Positions 63,323 to 64,000 of a DNA stretch of 64,000 nt are shown here, one piece after another. Below the pieces are notes generated by a model, which had not been told where the DNA came from, ran no database searches, and saw only the letters and a list, made by a program, of their open reading frames with translations. The DNA comes from Euglena gracilis. Lineage: Eukaryota. A program made the translations under genes and the position numbers. Within the stretch, counting starts at the first letter, position 1, and the number at the start of each line of letters is the position of its first letter. Location of the stretch: positions 48,091,847-48,155,846 of the forward strand of contig CP154954.1 in the NCBI GenBank assembly GCA_039621445.1, written 5' to 3'.

Positions 63323-64000
63323 GGAGAGGCAAGGCGAGGGGCGCTGTCGGAGATGCAGGCCACTCAGGAGGAAGCCACAGGCAGACATCAGGAAGAGGGG
63401 CAGCGCTGGCACGCTGAACAGGAGCAGTGGGCACAGGAGCGCCGCTCGCTGGAGGAACGCCTGGCGGAGGAGGCGCACCACAGCGGGGAGCTGTTGGACG
63501 CCCTGGAGAGCCTGGCCGCCCAGTCCGCTCCCCCCAGGGCCCCGCCCCCACCCGCCAGAGCGGCGGCGGGCCCGAAGAGCGCCATCGTGCACTTGCGTGA
63601 AACCTTGGCAGCGCTCGCCCTGCCGTTATTCCAACTCGCACACACCCCGGTGTCACTCCCTCCGAGCCACCGGGTTGGTTCCTCCCGTCGTCGTACACAT
63701 CCGTGCCCACAGACAGGCCGGGGTTTGGCCCTGGACATCGGGGTGGCTGGGCCCTGCCATCACCGGGGGCCACGCCCCCGAGTCCCGCCGCCGCCGCCGC
63801 CGCCGGGCCGTCCTCCGGGGCCGCGTCTCCCTCGCGGGGCGGGGCGGCCGAGGAGTGGCGGGCCCAGCAGGAGGCGCTGCTGCAGCAGGTGCGGGACCTG
63901 GAGCGGGCGCTGGAGCGGACGTCGCTGCAGATGCTGGAGCTGAACCCGACGACGGAGCAGCAGGTGGGCCCCTCCCACTGCCCTGGCACCCCGGACGCAT
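22662..64000 (+). CDS. Giant multi-exon coiled-coil protein (roughly 2,500-3,000 aa in the window, 3' end outside it); likely structural/cytoskeletal
   Basis: Dozens of short GC3-rich exons encode heptad-like A/E/Q/R/L peptides ([72 protein letters not shown]). ATG in caacaATG context at 22662. About 26 distinct junctions join in frame when terminal-stem introns are removed. Several junctions (24.9-25.3, 27.9-28.6, 33.3-34.1, 48-50, 56.1-56.9 kb) remain unresolved. Confidence 0.85.
25709..25994. mobile_element. Foldback MITE with GGCA...TGCC ends, inserted in (TA)n
   Basis: GGCAAGTGTTA / TAACACTTGCC; nearly fully palindromic; TA repeats on both sides. Confidence 0.85.
26196..26937. mobile_element. 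GGCA...TGCC TIR element with a nested insertion
   Basis: GGCAGCGAGATTC / GAATCTCGCTGCC; adjacent to (CA)n/(TA)n tracts. Confidence 0.7.
28612..28732 (+). other. Nonconventional intron
   Basis: ATC-CAGCCA ... TGGCTG-CAGTT; spliced product [13 protein letters not shown] is in frame. Confidence 0.7.
29256..29615 (+). other. Nonconventional intron
   Basis: GCC-CACCCGGCTGGCGG pairs with CCGCCAGCCCGGGTG-TCTGC; C|G and C|A junctions; in-frame GAT-TAALRR. Confidence 0.8.
30609..30770 (+). other. Nonconventional intron
   Basis: GCC-CGGGGCCG / CGGCCCTG-CCGGC; AT|G gives in-frame [10 protein letters not shown]. Confidence 0.75.
30905..31632 (+). other. Nonconventional intron
   Basis: ACT-CGCCGCGTTGCT / AGCAACACGGTG-GCGCC; C|GC gives in-frame [12 protein letters not shown]. 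Confidence 0.75.
32745..33176 (+). other. Nonconventional intron
   Basis: GCG-CAGGGGGCGCC / GGCGACCCCTG-CCGGC; CT|A gives in-frame [12 protein letters not shown]. Confidence 0.8.
34312..34697 (+). other. Nonconventional intron repeated in every array unit
   Basis: GGC-CAGCCGAGCCCCTTC pairs with GAAGGGGCCGGCTG-CCAGC; AC|A gives in-frame EEEAT-LLSDK. Confidence 0.85.
34852..35205 (+). other. Second repeated intron (GT start, non-AG end; 5' site ambiguous, 34852 or 34903)
   Basis: GTCCAG ... CTGGAC-CG; both candidate donors are in frame with exon A. Confidence 0.65.
39808..40171. mobile_element. TIR element filled with a G-rich minisatellite, in an array intron
   Basis: GGCATAAAGTGGAGCCCCCACAGT / ACTGTGGGGGCTCCACTTTACGCC; internal GTGTGGGGTGACAGTGGGGGGGA repeats. 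Confidence 0.85.
42492..43268. mobile_element. Second, longer copy of the G-minisatellite TIR element, with an extra ~250 bp central segment
   Basis: Same TIRs and same intronic position as 39808-40171. Confidence 0.85.
50852..50979 (+). other. Nonconventional intron
   Basis: ACC-CACGGCCCGGGG / CCCCGGCCCGTG-CCGGC; AC|A gives in-frame [11 protein letters not shown]. Confidence 0.8.
52702..53107. mobile_element. hAT-like MITE, TIR CAGGGTTTGATATAAGGA, TSD CCCCCAAG
   Basis: 17/18 TIR and exact 8-bp TSD. Confidence 0.9.
54982..55633 (+). other. Nonconventional intron
   Basis: GGG-CAGTCCTCCGT / ACGGAGCACTG-TAGGC (10/11 pairs); in-frame [12 protein letters not shown]. Confidence 0.8.
56998..57439 (+). 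other. Nonconventional intron with a relic 8-bp direct repeat
   Basis: AGGCC|GGC-CAGGC ... GCCTG-AGGAC|GCC; flanks match 6/8; in-frame GEA-AKHEKQL. Confidence 0.75.
57801..58207. mobile_element. CAG...CTG TIR element with TTTTTGCA repeats
   Basis: CAGGGGGGCAATATGCAACTTG / CAAGTTGCATATCCCCCCCCCCTG; TSD degenerate. Confidence 0.7.
58331..58638. mobile_element. hAT-like MITE, TSD CCCCCAAT
   Basis: CAGGGTTTTTTT / AAAAAAACCCCTG termini and exact 8-bp TSD. Confidence 0.85.
60340..62831. mobile_element. ~2.5 kb TIR DNA element with apparent 5-bp TSD (TGAAA); no recognisable transposase
   Basis: CTTAGGCGGCGCGAATTGCCCAA / TTGGGCAATTCGCGCCGCCTAAG; TGAAA on both flanks; repeated GCGG-N4-CCGC palindromes. 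Confidence 0.85.
62845..63318. repeat. (GCAC)n and (GA)n simple-repeat block
   Basis: Direct observation. Confidence 0.9.

Larger units (their letters stand above)
60001..63348 (+). other. Long nonconventional intron hosting a 2.5 kb TIR element
   Basis: GGC-CGCCCCCGGCC / GGCGAGGGGCG-CTGTC; CT|G gives in-frame [12 protein letters not shown]. Confidence 0.7.

Noticed and set aside
1-64000. tRNA, rRNA or spliced-leader RNA genes; prokaryotic operons
   Set aside because: None was recognisable by eye; a covariance-model search was not possible.

Overview
Eukaryotic, repeat-rich genomic DNA with the hallmarks of a euglenid (Euglena-like) nuclear genome; the taxon is inferred from intron style only. 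Two intron-rich genes appear to diverge from about 22.4-22.7 kb. The + strand gene (22662 to beyond 64000) encodes a very large Ala/Glu/Gln/Arg/Leu-rich coiled-coil protein. It is split almost entirely by non-GT-AG 'nonconventional' introns whose ends base-pair (CAG-like at +4..6, CTG-like at -8..-6). It contains a ~13.4 kb array of ~1.16 kb units, each with two exons and two introns. The - strand gene or genes (about 22359 towards the window start) have a CID-like helix and an RS-rich region, and mix GT-AG and nonconventional introns. The introns are full of small non-autonomous DNA transposons. Main finding: MITEs with CAG...CTG termini and 8-bp target-site duplications match the 3+5 nt geometry and Y|R junctions of the nonconventional introns. 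One such MITE (4442-5363) sits in an RS-rich coding exon and looks removable as an intron, suggesting an intron-generating transposon system. Most ORF-track entries are spurious GC-rich frames. Region 9.8-11.7 kb looks like a low-quality read artefact. All splice junctions were deduced by eye and need RNA-seq.
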